DNA of 64,000 nucleotides from positions 5,184,001 through 5,248,000 of the forward strand of contig OZ244587.1 of the NCBI GenBank assembly GCA_965218095.1, in the 5' to 3' direction. This document shows positions 1 through 9,912 of the stretch, in pieces. The notes under the pieces were generated by a model. It was not told where the DNA came from. It saw only the letters and a list, made by a program, of their open reading frames with translations, and did no database searches. The translations under genes and the position numbers were made by a program. Position 1 is the stretch's first letter. The number at the start of each line of letters is the position of its first letter. This DNA comes from Candidatus Poribacteria bacterium (GTDB taxonomy: Bacteria > Poribacteria > WGA-4E > PCPOR2b).

Positions 1-31
1 AGGATGGAAGATACTGGCCGTTTCTGCGGCT

Positions 32-763
32 ATGCTAGTTTCTGTTGCGTTTATAAGCGGTTGTTCTAAACAAGTTGAACCGCTAAACCTTGATGATTCA
101 CAAAAACGGATCGCCATCGCCCCGTTTTGGACAGAAGAAGAATCTGCTGACATGGAGCGCCGGTTTCCCCAAGACTTATCAACTCAGCTTAGCCTTGTAA
201 AAAAGGACAAGGAGTGGATCTATGATCAATCGGATGCACTCAATCCAATTCGGAGTCAGTTGGACGCTCAGAGCTTGGCTCCCGAGAATATCTTTCTCGA
301 TCCTGCCCTTGCTGCGAAAGTGGGACGTGGGGTTAATGCCGATGTGATTATCGTTGGCCATATCGAGAATCCGAAGATTGAAGAATGGATGGATAACCGA
401 CCGATCTTCGATATGACTAATCAAGCAGGCATCTCCGGAACCACGCGATTTATATTGGTCTATCAACAGTCTATACTCAAGATGCATGTGAAAGCCATTG
501 ATACGAAATCCGGTAACGTCATCTGGGATAATCTGGGATTCACAGGTTACACGAAGTATATCCGGGAGTTCCAGACGCAGGATCCGGCGAAAGAGTACAG
601 CCGTATTCCAGAGAATCAGATGCGAGCGGATATCCGAAGTCACATGCTTAAGCAAATTGGTCATCAGCTCGCACCTGATAAGATTGCTGAACTTCCAGTT
701 CCAGAGATTAAGATAAAACCTAGTCGTCCTCTGATTCGATCCGGAGGCAAACCAATCCTGTAG
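32..763 (+). CDS. Putative lipoprotein (CsgG/LpoB-like fold possible); true start may lie upstream of the window
   Basis: Hydrophobic N-terminus ending in lipobox FISG-C; IAIAPF and AAKVGRGVNADVIIVGHI segments resemble CsgG/TolB-N-like lipoproteins. Confidence 0.5.
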   Translation: MLVSVAFISGCSKQVEPLNLDDSQKRIAIAPFWTEEESADMERRFPQDLSTQLSLVKKDKEWIYDQSDALNPIRSQLDAQSLAPENIFLDPALAAKVGRGVNADVIIVGHIENPKIEEWMDNRPIFDMTNQAGISGTTRFILVYQQSILKMHVKAIDTKSGNVIWDNLGFTGYTKYIREFQTQDPAKEYSRIPENQMRADIRSHMLKQIGHQLAPDKIAELPVPEIKIKPSRPLIRSGGKPIL

Positions 764-844
764 TAACCCGTGGCACTCGTTTTTTCCGGAGTGCAAAATT
801 TATCCTGCCTGTTGCACAATAAATCTTGCCTCCCAATGCTTAAA

Positions 845-877
845 GAGTAAGGGCAGGTTTAAAACCGGCCCTTACTC
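845..877. repeat. Palindrome between convergent genes (REP-like or bidirectional terminator)
   Basis: GAGTAAGGGCAGGTTT-A-AAACCGGCCCTTACTC inverted repeat with one mismatch. Confidence 0.6.
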
Positions 878-2900
878 AAAACGATGTCCCCAGATTGACA
901 TGAATTTTCCCTTGCAAAGCGGAGCGCCCTTCGGCAAGTCCATAATCCATGCGCAGGATGCCCCTCTTTGATTCAAGCCGCATGCCAAATCCGTAACCCA
1001 CACGAAGCGGGTCGAAGACTGTCGGTCGATCCACTTGAGTTACCGCGCCCAGATCGACAAACGCGAAGAACTGCGATGTGCGTCCGACCAGCAGTCGGTA
1101 TTCAATATTCGCATATAGATGGCGAGGGCCAAAAAACCAATCCTCATCATAGCCTCGTAGCGTGTTTGCCCCACCCAGATAAAAAAACTCCGTCGGCGGA
1201 ATCTTATTCCCCCATGCTACCGCACCGTGTAAATCGATGGCGATCACCTGCTTCCGCCATGTTGGGAAGTATTGCTGGAGATCGACCCACAGTTTGCGCA
1301 GCTTGAAATCCCCACGCGAGAATTCAAAAGCAACATGATCGCGGCGTCCACGTGTCGGGTTCAGAAAGTAATCTCTGCTATCGCGGGTCAAACTAAAGGT
1401 GACGCCGTACTTCACGCCGTTTTGTGCTTCCCCGTCAGTTAAAACTGGGATTTGTGAGCGCTCAGACGGAAGGTCCGGAGGAAAGGAGGGAGTGGTTAGC
1501 GGCATAGCAGGGCGCAAGATATTGATTGCGGGGAGATTAATCTGCTTGTAGGAGAACCCCAGCGAGCCCTCAAGCAACCTTCGGAAACGTGTGCTGATGC
1601 TCAAATGTCCGGCCTGCTCCGTCGATTCGACATCAGTAAACTGATTTCTCTGCTTTACCTGCGAATATTCAACGCCGATTTTGATCGGTTTTCCGAAAGC
1701 CCATGGTTCAGCATAACCGATCTTTAGCGTGTTGAGCAAGCCAGACTTCCAAAGAAAATTTGCCTGACGCCCCGTGCCGAAAAGGTTGGCCTCCATTGCT
1801 TCGATAACTCCCGTGAGTCGTGGGGCTTCATCAAATTCCGAAGTCGGCGGAGCATAACCGATTACACCACTGAACCTGCCCGTTCGTGCTTCTGTCACCT
1901 TCGCGTTAAAAATAATCTCGTCCGGTGTATTTCCTTCCTCCAGCAGGGCGGGACTCACTTCGTAGAAATAGCCGAGGTTCACCAGGCGGTGGAAACTCTG
2001 ATCGATTTTGCGCTGATCAAACACTTCACCGGCTTGAATCGGCAGCTCGCGGAGGACGACCTCAGTCTTTGTTTTCTGCAAGCCGCTCAGTTTCACCGCT
2101 CCTAGCCGCGTCTGATTCCCTTCACGAATTTGCAGGCGAAAATCGACCGTGCCACCTTCTTCTGATAGATGAAAGTCAGTGGGCTGAATTTCAAGCTTGG
2201 GGTAGCCATGCTCGCTGTACAGGATTAAAATCTTCTCGACCCCCTGTTCAAAGGCAATTCGGCTGAAAGCCATGCCCTCGCGCAAGCCAAGCTCACGCCG
2301 GAGGTCGTGCGTCGAAAATAGCTGATTCCCTTCAATCACGATCTGACCGGTGCAAATCGCTGCCCCTTCGTGAATGTGAACGCGGATATGGACCTGATCG
2401 GCGGAGATGATTGCAATTTCAGGCTCGATTGAAGCGAATACAAGTCCGCTTTCATGGTACTTTGCCAGAATCTGATTAAGCCCGGCGATCATTTCTGGTT
2501 CGCGGTAGGGTTGGCCCGCTTGAACACCAATGAGTTGAGATAACTGCTTCCGATCAAAGTGTTCATTCCCCTCAAAAGTGATCTGGCGAATCAGATAGCT
2601 GGTTTGCGCTTCATCGGGAGAGGGCGGGTTTATATCCACCGGGTCGCCGATGGCGAGAGGGATGGAGACCAATAACGCGAAGGAAAAAAGTAAAGCGTGA
2701 AATCCCGATAGATCGGTGCAGAGCCTGGTCTCACGTAGCGGACTCCACTCTGTAGACTCTCGGAACGGAGCTGTGAAACGTGACAAAACGAACCAACGAA
2801 CCAATGCCCTGATGAACTCCTGAACTGATGAACTCCTTGTCCTCTTGTTTCCCCGTTTCATTTTCTCTCCCCGCTGTGTGGGACTAAGAAGCCTGTTCAC
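876..2900 (-). CDS. Omp85 family (BamA/TamA-like) outer-membrane protein with three POTRA domains
   Basis: POTRA motifs ITFEGN, IVIEGN, VKLSGL; barrel motifs NLFGTG, YAEPW, FYLGGANTLRGY, GYGFGMR; C-terminal Phe. Start uncertain. Confidence 0.85.
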   Translation of the reverse strand: MNRLLSPTQRGEKMKRGNKRTRSSSVQEFIRALVRWFVLSRFTAPFRESTEWSPLRETRLCTDLSGFHALLFSFALLVSIPLAIGDPVDINPPSPDEAQTSYLIRQITFEGNEHFDRKQLSQLIGVQAGQPYREPEMIAGLNQILAKYHESGLVFASIEPEIAIISADQVHIRVHIHEGAAICTGQIVIEGNQLFSTHDLRRELGLREGMAFSRIAFEQGVEKILILYSEHGYPKLEIQPTDFHLSEEGGTVDFRLQIREGNQTRLGAVKLSGLQKTKTEVVLRELPIQAGEVFDQRKIDQSFHRLVNLGYFYEVSPALLEEGNTPDEIIFNAKVTEARTGRFSGVIGYAPPTSEFDEAPRLTGVIEAMEANLFGTGRQANFLWKSGLLNTLKIGYAEPWAFGKPIKIGVEYSQVKQRNQFTDVESTEQAGHLSISTRFRRLLEGSLGFSYKQINLPAINILRPAMPLTTPSFPPDLPSERSQIPVLTDGEAQNGVKYGVTFSLTRDSRDYFLNPTRGRRDHVAFEFSRGDFKLRKLWVDLQQYFPTWRKQVIAIDLHGAVAWGNKIPPTEFFYLGGANTLRGYDEDWFFGPRHLYANIEYRLLVGRTSQFFAFVDLGAVTQVDRPTVFDPLRVGYGFGMRLESKRGILRMDYGLAEGRSALQGKIHVNLGTSF

Positions 2901-3091
2901 CTGCCCAATTCCTTAGACCTGCCCGCTCTTTTATCCCTGACTCAGCAAACCCACTTTTTCAGCCAGTGTATTACGCACTTCTGTTTTCGGGAGGCTTGCC
3001 ACAACCTGTTCATAATTATCCAGCACATGCGCGATTTTATTTGCCAGACCCTCTTACAGTCGAACTCACGTTATATTAACTAATGGTGCTA

Positions 3092-3927
3092 GGTTCTGTT
3101 GACATTTCAACGGAGTCATATAAGAGTGGCGACAAAGCTGAGAAATCCAAAATAACGGACAGCTAGCTTCTCAAACCGAGAGAAGATACGACGATACCAT
3201 TTTATCTTGTTGATGAAACATTCAACCCGATGTCTCTCTTTGTATAAGTGTTTGTCATACGTTCTTTGGTCAACACGATGACTTTTGGGCGGTATCACCA
3301 CAATCGCTCCATTCGCCTCAATAACCGCGATAAAAGCGTCCGAATCGTACCCCTTGTCTCCAATCACATATTCACTATTATATCCGATTATCAACCCTTC
3401 CGCCTCAGTTATGTCATGTCTCTGACCGGGGGTCAGATGAATTCTTAGGGGATTGCCTAGTCCGTCAACTGTGATGTGATTTTTTGTACTGAAACCGCCC
3501 CGAGACCGACCTAATGCTTGGTTTTCAGTGCCACCCTTTTTTTTAAGGCGCCAGCTTTTTAAGGCGCCCGCCGCAGACGGGTGAGCGCGGCAGATGGTAC
3601 TGTCCACAATAAGCGACTCGATATCGGGGTCAGAGGCGAAGTGGGGGTGCATCTGTGTGAAGAAACCTTTGTCGCACCATCGAGCAAACCGCTTGTAGCG
3701 GGTGTTCCATTTGCTATAGGTGTCTGGTAGAAGTCTCCATTGAGCCCCGCTACGAGTCACCCACAGGACGGCTTCGACGAAGCGGCGTGGAGCAGCTTCG
3801 TCGCCAACATAGATGGTGGGACAGCTTAGAAGAAACCGGTATATCTTATTCCATTGGTCATCAGGTAAGGTTATTGGCGTCATTCTTCTATTATGCCACA
3901 ACCTTATACTCAAATGTCAACAGAACC
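3092..3927 (-). mobile_element. IS5-family (IS427-like) insertion sequence
   Basis: Perfect 16-bp TIRs GGTTCTGTTGACATTT (3092-3107) and AAATGTCAACAGAACC (3912-3927); TA on both sides, in a CTAG context. Confidence 0.9.
3116..3913 (-). CDS. IS5-family DDE transposase
   Basis: VLWVTRSGAQWRLLP, IVDSTICRAH, LGRSRGGFSTK, GDKGYDS, YKERHRVECFINKIK. Confidence 0.9.
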   Translation of the reverse strand: MSIRLWHNRRMTPITLPDDQWNKIYRFLLSCPTIYVGDEAAPRRFVEAVLWVTRSGAQWRLLPDTYSKWNTRYKRFARWCDKGFFTQMHPHFASDPDIESLIVDSTICRAHPSAAGALKSWRLKKKGGTENQALGRSRGGFSTKNHITVDGLGNPLRIHLTPGQRHDITEAEGLIIGYNSEYVIGDKGYDSDAFIAVIEANGAIVVIPPKSHRVDQRTYDKHLYKERHRVECFINKIKWYRRIFSRFEKLAVRYFGFLSFVATLI

Positions 3928-4032
3928 TAGCACCAAAGGTTATTATACCACATTAGAAGGCAACGACTATGATAAATTTCACAACAACGAAGTATGATAT
4001 TTTTCAAGGTTCTGCTTTCCAGCATAAAAAGA

Positions 4033-4062
4033 TTGTCAGCCTGTACAGGGGCATGTTAAAAT
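4033..4062 (+). promoter_or_regulatory. Sigma70-like promoter for leuB
   Basis: TTGTCA-N18-TAAAAT with an extended TG. Confidence 0.45.
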
Positions 4063-4125
4063 GTAGGCGCATTTCTAACAGGATGTATCCGTCACATTGC
4101 CTTTCATGCACAGCGGATCATCGCA

Positions 4126-5217
4126 TTGCAGCTTAACCACATTTTCTGGAGGAATTCGATGTATAAAATTGCCCTGATCCCCGGCGACGGGATTGGCCCC
4201 GAAGTGACGAATGAAGCGATGAAGGCCTTCGGGGCTGCAGCGGAGAAAACAGGTTTCAAATACGAAACTGTTGAATACGACTTTGGCGGCGAGCGCTACC
4301 TCAAAACCGGTGAAATTTTGCCTGACTCTGCGCTCAATGAATTCCGGCAGATGGATGCGATCTTTTTGGGAGCCATTGGCCACCCCGATGTCACACCGGG
4401 CCTCCTGGAAAAAGGGATCCTATTGAGAACTCGCTTTGAATTAGATCTTTATATTAACCTTCGACCCGTAAAGCTCTATCCCGGGGTCTGGACGCCAATT
4501 AAAGACAAGGGACCTGAAGAGATTGATTTTGTCATTGTTCGTGAAAACACGGAAGGACTGTACGCCGGCATTGGTGGCTTCTTGAAGCATGGAACGCCTG
4601 ATGAAGTCGCGATTCAGGAGATGATTAACACCCGCAAAGGGGTAGAACGGTGCGTCCGCTACGCTTTTGAGTTGACCCAGAAGCGGAACAAAGAGAAGAA
4701 GCTGACGTTGTGCGACAAGGCGAATGTGTTGACTTACGCCCATGATCTCTGGCGGCGAGTCTTTGAAGAAGTGGGCGCAGAATATCCCGACATCAAGAGA
4801 GACTACGCTTTTGTGGATGCAACCACAATGTGGATGGTGAAGAACCCAGAATGGTTTGATGTCATTGTGACCTCCAACATGTTCGGCGACATTATCACGG
4901 ATCTCGGCGCGATGATCCAAGGCGGGATGGGGGTTGCTGCATCGGGTAATCTCAATCCTAAGAGCGTTGCTATGTTTGAACCAATTCACGGCTCTGCCCC
5001 TCGATACACAGGGAAAAACCAGATCAATCCCATCGCAGCAATCAGCGCCGCCGGCATGATGTTTGACCATCTCGGTGAAACAGAAGGCGCAGCTTTGGTC
5101 GATCAAGCTGTCAGTGACCTGCTCGCCAGTGGAAAGATTAAAGATCTCGCGGCTGGACGGATGGGATACACCACAACAGAAATCGGGGACATGATTGCGG
5201 CGGCAGTCGCCGAGTGA
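4126..5217 (+). CDS. leuB: 3-isopropylmalate dehydrogenase (probable ATG start 4159)
   Basis: [47 protein letters not shown]. Confidence 0.85.
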   Translation: MQLNHIFWRNSMYKIALIPGDGIGPEVTNEAMKAFGAAAEKTGFKYETVEYDFGGERYLKTGEILPDSALNEFRQMDAIFLGAIGHPDVTPGLLEKGILLRTRFELDLYINLRPVKLYPGVWTPIKDKGPEEIDFVIVRENTEGLYAGIGGFLKHGTPDEVAIQEMINTRKGVERCVRYAFELTQKRNKEKKLTLCDKANVLTYAHDLWRRVFEEVGAEYPDIKRDYAFVDATTMWMVKNPEWFDVIVTSNMFGDIITDLGAMIQGGMGVAASGNLNPKSVAMFEPIHGSAPRYTGKNQINPIAAISAAGMMFDHLGETEGAALVDQAVSDLLASGKIKDLAAGRMGYTTTEIGDMIAAAVAE

Positions 5218-5344
5218 ATTCATAAGTTCAGGGACTTATGAGAAAATGGGTTCATGAGTTCATTTTTTACATTTCACGCATCACGTTTCACGCCTTATAT
5301 TCTGAAGCACAGTCACCCAATAACTGAAGAATACATGGAGATTA

Positions 5345-7069
5345 TTGATGCGATTATCTCAACTATTTGGTCGGACACTTAGGGAAATTCCCGCAGAAGC
5401 CGAAATCCCCAGCCATCAACTGCTTTTGCAGGCTGGAATGATTCGGCGGCTCGTGGTGGGGATGTATAGCTACCTGTCCCTTGCTCAACGTGCCTTACGC
5501 AAGATTGAAAACATTATCCGTGAGGAGATGGACGCTATTGGTGGACAAGAGGTGGACATGCCGCTCGTCCAGCCTACGGAGTTGTGGCAGGAAACCGGGC
5601 GCTGGGAGATGCTTGTTGGGAAGGAGTTGGCTGGATTTGAAGATCGATTTGGGCGAAAACTTGTACTTGCAATGACGCATGAGGAAGCGGTCACAGATCT
5701 CGTCCGAAACCAGATCAACTCTTACCGACAACTGCCGCTGATGCTCTATCAAATCAAGCTCAAGTTTCGCGATGAACCGCGTCCCTGTGCCGGTTTGATT
5801 CGTGTCCGCGAATTCGTCATGAAGGACGCTTACAGTTTCCACGTCGATGAAGCAGATCTAGACCGGTATTATGATCAGGTTTATTGAGCGTACCTCAACA
5901 TTTTTCATCGTTCAGGGATTGACGTCATTGTGGTGGAGTCAGACACAGGGATGATTGGGGGTTCCGCCGCGCACGAGTTTATGCTTATCTCCGATTCGGG
6001 TGAGGATAAACTCATCTGTTGCAACGGCTGTGATTATAAGGCAAACGCGGAAGTCGCTGCGATGCAGAAGCTAGCGGTCGATAACGGCGCACCTCAAGAA
6101 ATCGAAGAAGTTGCAACGCCGGGCCAAACAACAATCGAAGGCGTTGCGAACTATCTTGGCGTTGAGAAGACGCAAACACTCAAAGCGGTCTTCTATTCAA
6201 CAGACGAAGAGTTGATTTTTGCCGCTATCCGCGGCGAGTTCGAGGTGAACGAAACGAAACTCAGAAATGCTGTGGGCGCTACAGATCTCTGGATTGCGAC
6301 TGATGCAGAACTTGAAAGATATGGTTTAGTGGCTAGCTATGCCTCTCCAATTGACGTTAAAGGGGTCAAAGTGGTCGTTGATGATTCAGTTGCCGCTGCC
6401 ACGAATCTAGTCGCTGGCGCTAATAAACCGGGATACCATCTGAAAAACATGAATTTCCCTCGTGATTTTCAGGCGGACATCGTGACCGATATTGCGCTGG
6501 CCCAAGGAGAGATGGCTTGTGTTCACTGTGGCGGGAAGTTAGAGGCGAAACGGGGGATTGAAGTCGGAAACATCTTCAAACTCGGCACGAAGTACAGTGA
6601 AGCGATGGGCGCAACCTACCTGAACCAGAAAGGTAGAGCACAGCCGATTTTCATGGGCTGCTATGGCATCGGACTTGGGCGCTTGCTTGCCAGTATTGTG
6701 GAGACAAACCACGATACCGATGGCATTATCTGGCCCCTCTCCGTCGCGCCGTATCAGATTCACTTGATGCACATTGGCAAAGGGGAGGAAGTTGTCCAAC
6801 GGACTGAGGCGCTCTATCAGCAACTTCAAGAGCAGGGGTATGAAGTCCTCTACGACGACCGCCAAGAAAGTCCAGGCGTCAAATTCAAGGAAGCGGATCT
6901 GTTGGGCATGCCCCTGCGCCTGACTATCAGCCAACGCACCCTGAAAACCGATGCTGTGGAGGTCAAACTCCGCACCGAGCGAGAAAGAGATCTGATGAAA
7001 TTAGATGCGTTAAATCTCCAGTCATACCTGACGCGGTCAGACAGTTCAAGGCGTAAACATAAAATGTGA
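5345..7069 (+). pseudogene. proS: Prolyl-tRNA synthetase with INS editing domain, interrupted by an in-frame TGA at 5885-5887
   Basis: ORFs 5345-5887 and 5930-7069 share a frame and the gap reads *AYLNIFHRSGIDVIV; motifs [45 protein letters not shown]. Confidence 0.85.
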
Positions 7070-7131
7070 AATGAATGACTCCCCTTCCTCCAACATATTT
7101 GTTCGTTTGTTTCGTCTATTGTCCTGCACCA

Positions 7132-7899
7132 TTATTCTATCTCTTCTTCCTTACGTGCTGTAAAATTGATCCGATCCGAGTGTCGGTTCCACCGGTTAAA
7201 AGTGTACATATCATAGGCATTGAGCATTTTGTATCCTGTCTTTTGCAGCAGTTTCTTAACGGTGTTGACGTCAAACATCTTCTGGATGTGAACCTCCTCA
7301 GAACGGCGGAAGAGCTCCCCTTCACGAATAAAAAAAGTCAGTAATGTACGGCAAATCTTATCGTGATGCGAGTAGATGTTTTTCCAGATATAGGAGTAGT
7401 CATCGTGGTTTTCAGCAAACGTCTGACCATGGAAATGCTGAACGATGTTTGGCTCGGTGGTCACATCAAAAATGAACAGCCCGGACGGATGCAAATGCTT
7501 TGAAACAGATCGGAAGACACTTTCAAGCTCGGTTTCATCAACAACATAGTTAATGCTATCGTAAACGCAAAGCACCGCATCAAACCGCTGCTGGAGATCA
7601 AAATTCCGCATGTCCGCTTGAATCAACGGGATATCCAAGCGACGCGCCTCCGCTTTTTGACGCGCAACCGCCAGCATCCCCTCGGCGCGATCCGTCCCCC
7701 ACATTTGATAGCTCCGCTCCGCGAGGAGCACCGTCAAAGCCGCTGTACCGCAGGCAACCTCCAAAATCTTACGCGGTCGGTATTTATAGTGCGTGAATAA
7801 CTCCTCTATATAGTTTGCCCAACGGACATAATCGACGTTGGACATCATGCGATCATAGGGATACGCAAATTTCTCATACGGTTCTGTCAACTCTGACAT
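7132..7899 (-). CDS. Class I SAM-dependent methyltransferase
   Basis: ILEVACGTA, DMRNF, DSINY, GLFIFDV. Confidence 0.85.
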   Translation of the reverse strand: MSELTEPYEKFAYPYDRMMSNVDYVRWANYIEELFTHYKYRPRKILEVACGTAALTVLLAERSYQMWGTDRAEGMLAVARQKAEARRLDIPLIQADMRNFDLQQRFDAVLCVYDSINYVVDETELESVFRSVSKHLHPSGLFIFDVTTEPNIVQHFHGQTFAENHDDYSYIWKNIYSHHDKICRTLLTFFIREGELFRRSEEVHIQKMFDVNTVKKLLQKTGYKMLNAYDMYTFNRWNRHSDRINFTARKEEEIE

Positions 7900-7902
7900 C
7901 TG

Positions 7903-8316
7903 TTACTTTTCCTTTCCCTTGAACCCGACTGCCGCATTCATCATTTCCAACAACGTTTCGACCTCCTCTGAAGTCCACACCCCATCCTCATTCGCCTTCG
8001 AGGCGTAATCTGCTGCAATTTTGACTTTCTTCAGGCGAACCTTTCCGCGTAGATAACTCAACGGCATCCCCTTCATTGCCTGTTTGACATGATCAAATGT
8101 CGTCCTGATTTCTGAGGCATCTACGCCATCGGGAGCTTGCTGTACCAATTGGCTTTCCATGAGATTCGCAGCAGAACTGAATAACTCTGTAATCACATAC
8201 AACTGCGAAAAAAAGAGAATCAGCATCAGGAGGAGGGCAACTGCGAGCAATTTGGCGATGAGCGGCATTCGCTTGCGCAATTCTCGTCGAAGAAAACCTG
8301 TCGAATTTTCTGCCAT
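7903..8316 (-). CDS. Hypothetical membrane-anchored protein
   Basis: N-terminal TM helix; AAGGA RBS; 3-nt gap to the methyltransferase gene. Confidence 0.6.
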   Translation of the reverse strand: MAENSTGFLRRELRKRMPLIAKLLAVALLLMLILFFSQLYVITELFSSAANLMESQLVQQAPDGVDASEIRTTFDHVKQAMKGMPLSYLRGKVRLKKVKIAADYASKANEDGVWTSEEVETLLEMMNAAVGFKGKEK

Positions 8317-8368
8317 GTTTTTCCTTTCTATTCTACCGTCGATAATCCCATGTCCGAAAAATCAGCCT

Positions 8369-8397
8369 ATGATAGCATCGGCGGCATAGCTTGTCAA
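8369..8397 (-). promoter_or_regulatory. Sigma70 promoter for the 8316-7132 operon
   Basis: TTGACA-N17-TATCAT on the minus strand. Confidence 0.6.
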
Positions 8398-8579
8398 CCG
8401 AAAATTTCTGTTGTATTTTTTTGAACTGTGCTACAATATTCTTAGCAGACGATTAAGAATTTGGTAAATGCTGTCCGCGCTTGGGATGAATCTGTGTTGC
8501 AAGTGGCCTTCAAACAACACCATGTTATGTAGAGTAATTTTTTCACGTTTTCGTAAAAAAATGAATTTTGTACCTATTA

Positions 8580-9555
8580 ACCTTTGGTGCTAGTTAGAGA
8601 CTAAATTGAGCAATAGATAAAGGCATAAACCCATCTGCGTCAGCCTCAAAGCCATTCCACTGCACCAAGAGATTAAACAACGCCATCGTGAAAGCGAGGC
8701 GTGTTTTGAAATAGGCCCAACAACGATGCATCACTTTCTTAAAGTGGCACACCACCGTCAACATCGACAAAACAGTTTCTACCAGCATCCGACAATTCCA
8801 TTCCCCTCGTCGGCACAGACGCAAGTTGGAAGGAAACCAAACGACCTTGGCAAACCCTTCATCGGCAAAAACAACCATCTGGTCACAGACCCCATCAACA
8901 AGATGTTGGAAGCGACTACCGTCGTGCACATTGGCAGTATCACAATCCCAGTCGACAATTAGTCCAAGATGATTGAGCAGCAGACAAAGCTTCCCCCCCA
9001 CAATCCAGCGTTGGTTGGATATCCCTTTCCGGCCCATTTGCTGCTCAGAACGACATTCTCGGCGGGGGTGAATCAGTTCGATACCATAAGTGTCAATCAC
9101 GCCGATGAGTGAAGGATTTGCCATGAAAATATCAGTCAGATGTTGATGATTGTTGAACAAGCGAAACAAGCAGGTTCGCTCGGGTAAATTGGGGAACCAG
9201 GGTTTATAATTGTTTTCTATCCAGCGGTAGAAGGCTCGGTTGCCAACGCCTTTGAGTGCAAAAAGTAAGGCGAGGGTTACCACTTCAGAGGGATAGAGAT
9301 TGGCTTGGGTATGCTTTTGGTTTTTCTGGTGTTGTGTGAGTTTATCATCTACACAACAGAACAATTGTGTGATAAAATCTATAAGGGGCATGAGTCTGGA
9401 TTTCCTCCCGTTAATCAAGAATTGTCTAACACTTAGATTAACGGTAGAATCGAGGAAATCGTCTCATGACCTCAATCCAGCGAGGACCAAAGCGAAGCCA
9501 GGGTGTTCTGTTATGCCCATTGACTTCCACCAAATTCCAAACTAGCACCATTGGT
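8580..9555 (-). mobile_element. IS982-like insertion sequence, 976 bp
   Basis: TIRs ACCTTTGGTGCTAGTT and ACCAATGGTGCTAGTT; TATTA direct repeats at 8575-8579 and 9556-9560; inverted repeat at 9389-9468 covers the transposase RBS and ATG. Confidence 0.85.
8594..9418 (-). CDS. IS982-like DDE transposase (probable ATG start 9391)
   Basis: LYPSEVVTL, VIDTYGIELIHP, GGKLCLLLN, ADEGF, RMLVETVLS. Confidence 0.8.
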   Translation of the reverse strand: MINGRKSRLMPLIDFITQLFCCVDDKLTQHQKNQKHTQANLYPSEVVTLALLFALKGVGNRAFYRWIENNYKPWFPNLPERTCLFRLFNNHQHLTDIFMANPSLIGVIDTYGIELIHPRRECRSEQQMGRKGISNQRWIVGGKLCLLLNHLGLIVDWDCDTANVHDGSRFQHLVDGVCDQMVVFADEGFAKVVWFPSNLRLCRRGEWNCRMLVETVLSMLTVVCHFKKVMHRCWAYFKTRLAFTMALFNLLVQWNGFEADADGFMPLSIAQFSL

Positions 9556-9589
9556 TATTATGGGGACAGACACCACAACAAAGATGTGC

Positions 9590-9912
9590 TATAGATGCGT
9601 TAGTCCAACAAGGGATAACCGCCAATACGCCGGACGTCCGTGATGGTGACAGGTCGCTTTGGAGAGGCGCCAACGCTGCAGATGGAACAACCGGGTCTGC
9701 CGTTTCTACGTTTCCTCGAAGACCTGCATGTTTTTTACCCAGGAGTAGAGCTTGTTGTCGATGCTGAACTGTCTACTGGCACGGATGCGTATCTGGAAGA
9801 TCACGTGTTTCAAGGGGAGTGGCTTTTCCCTGCGGTTATGGGATTTGAAGCGATGGCGCTGGCGGGGACTTTCAAACCCCACATGAATCGTCCCCCGCTA
9901 GACTTCACCTAA
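9590..9912 (+). pseudogene. Fragment of an iterative type I PKS (enediyne PksE-like KR/DH junction)
   Basis: LVQQGIT then VMVTGRFG..LPFLRFLE..YPGVELVVDAELS..DAYLEDHVFQGEWLFPAVMGFEAMA, containing the DH HxxxGxxxxP motif. Confidence 0.7.

Noticed and set aside
4441-5223. Long antisense ORFs (also 179-796, 35683-36351, 43775-44617, 46729-47490)
   Set aside because: They are shadows of well-supported genes on the opposite strand and have no recognisable motifs.
5885-5930. Selenocysteine or genetic-code reassignment at the proS TGA
   Set aside because: No SECIS-like hairpin follows, the position is not a Cys site, and TGA is a normal terminator for other genes here (e.g. leuB).
8438-8525. Possible sRNA or riboswitch after a TG-TACAAT box (hairpin ATTCTTA/TAAGAAT)
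   Set aside because: Only one short AT-rich hairpin and no recognisable aptamer consensus.
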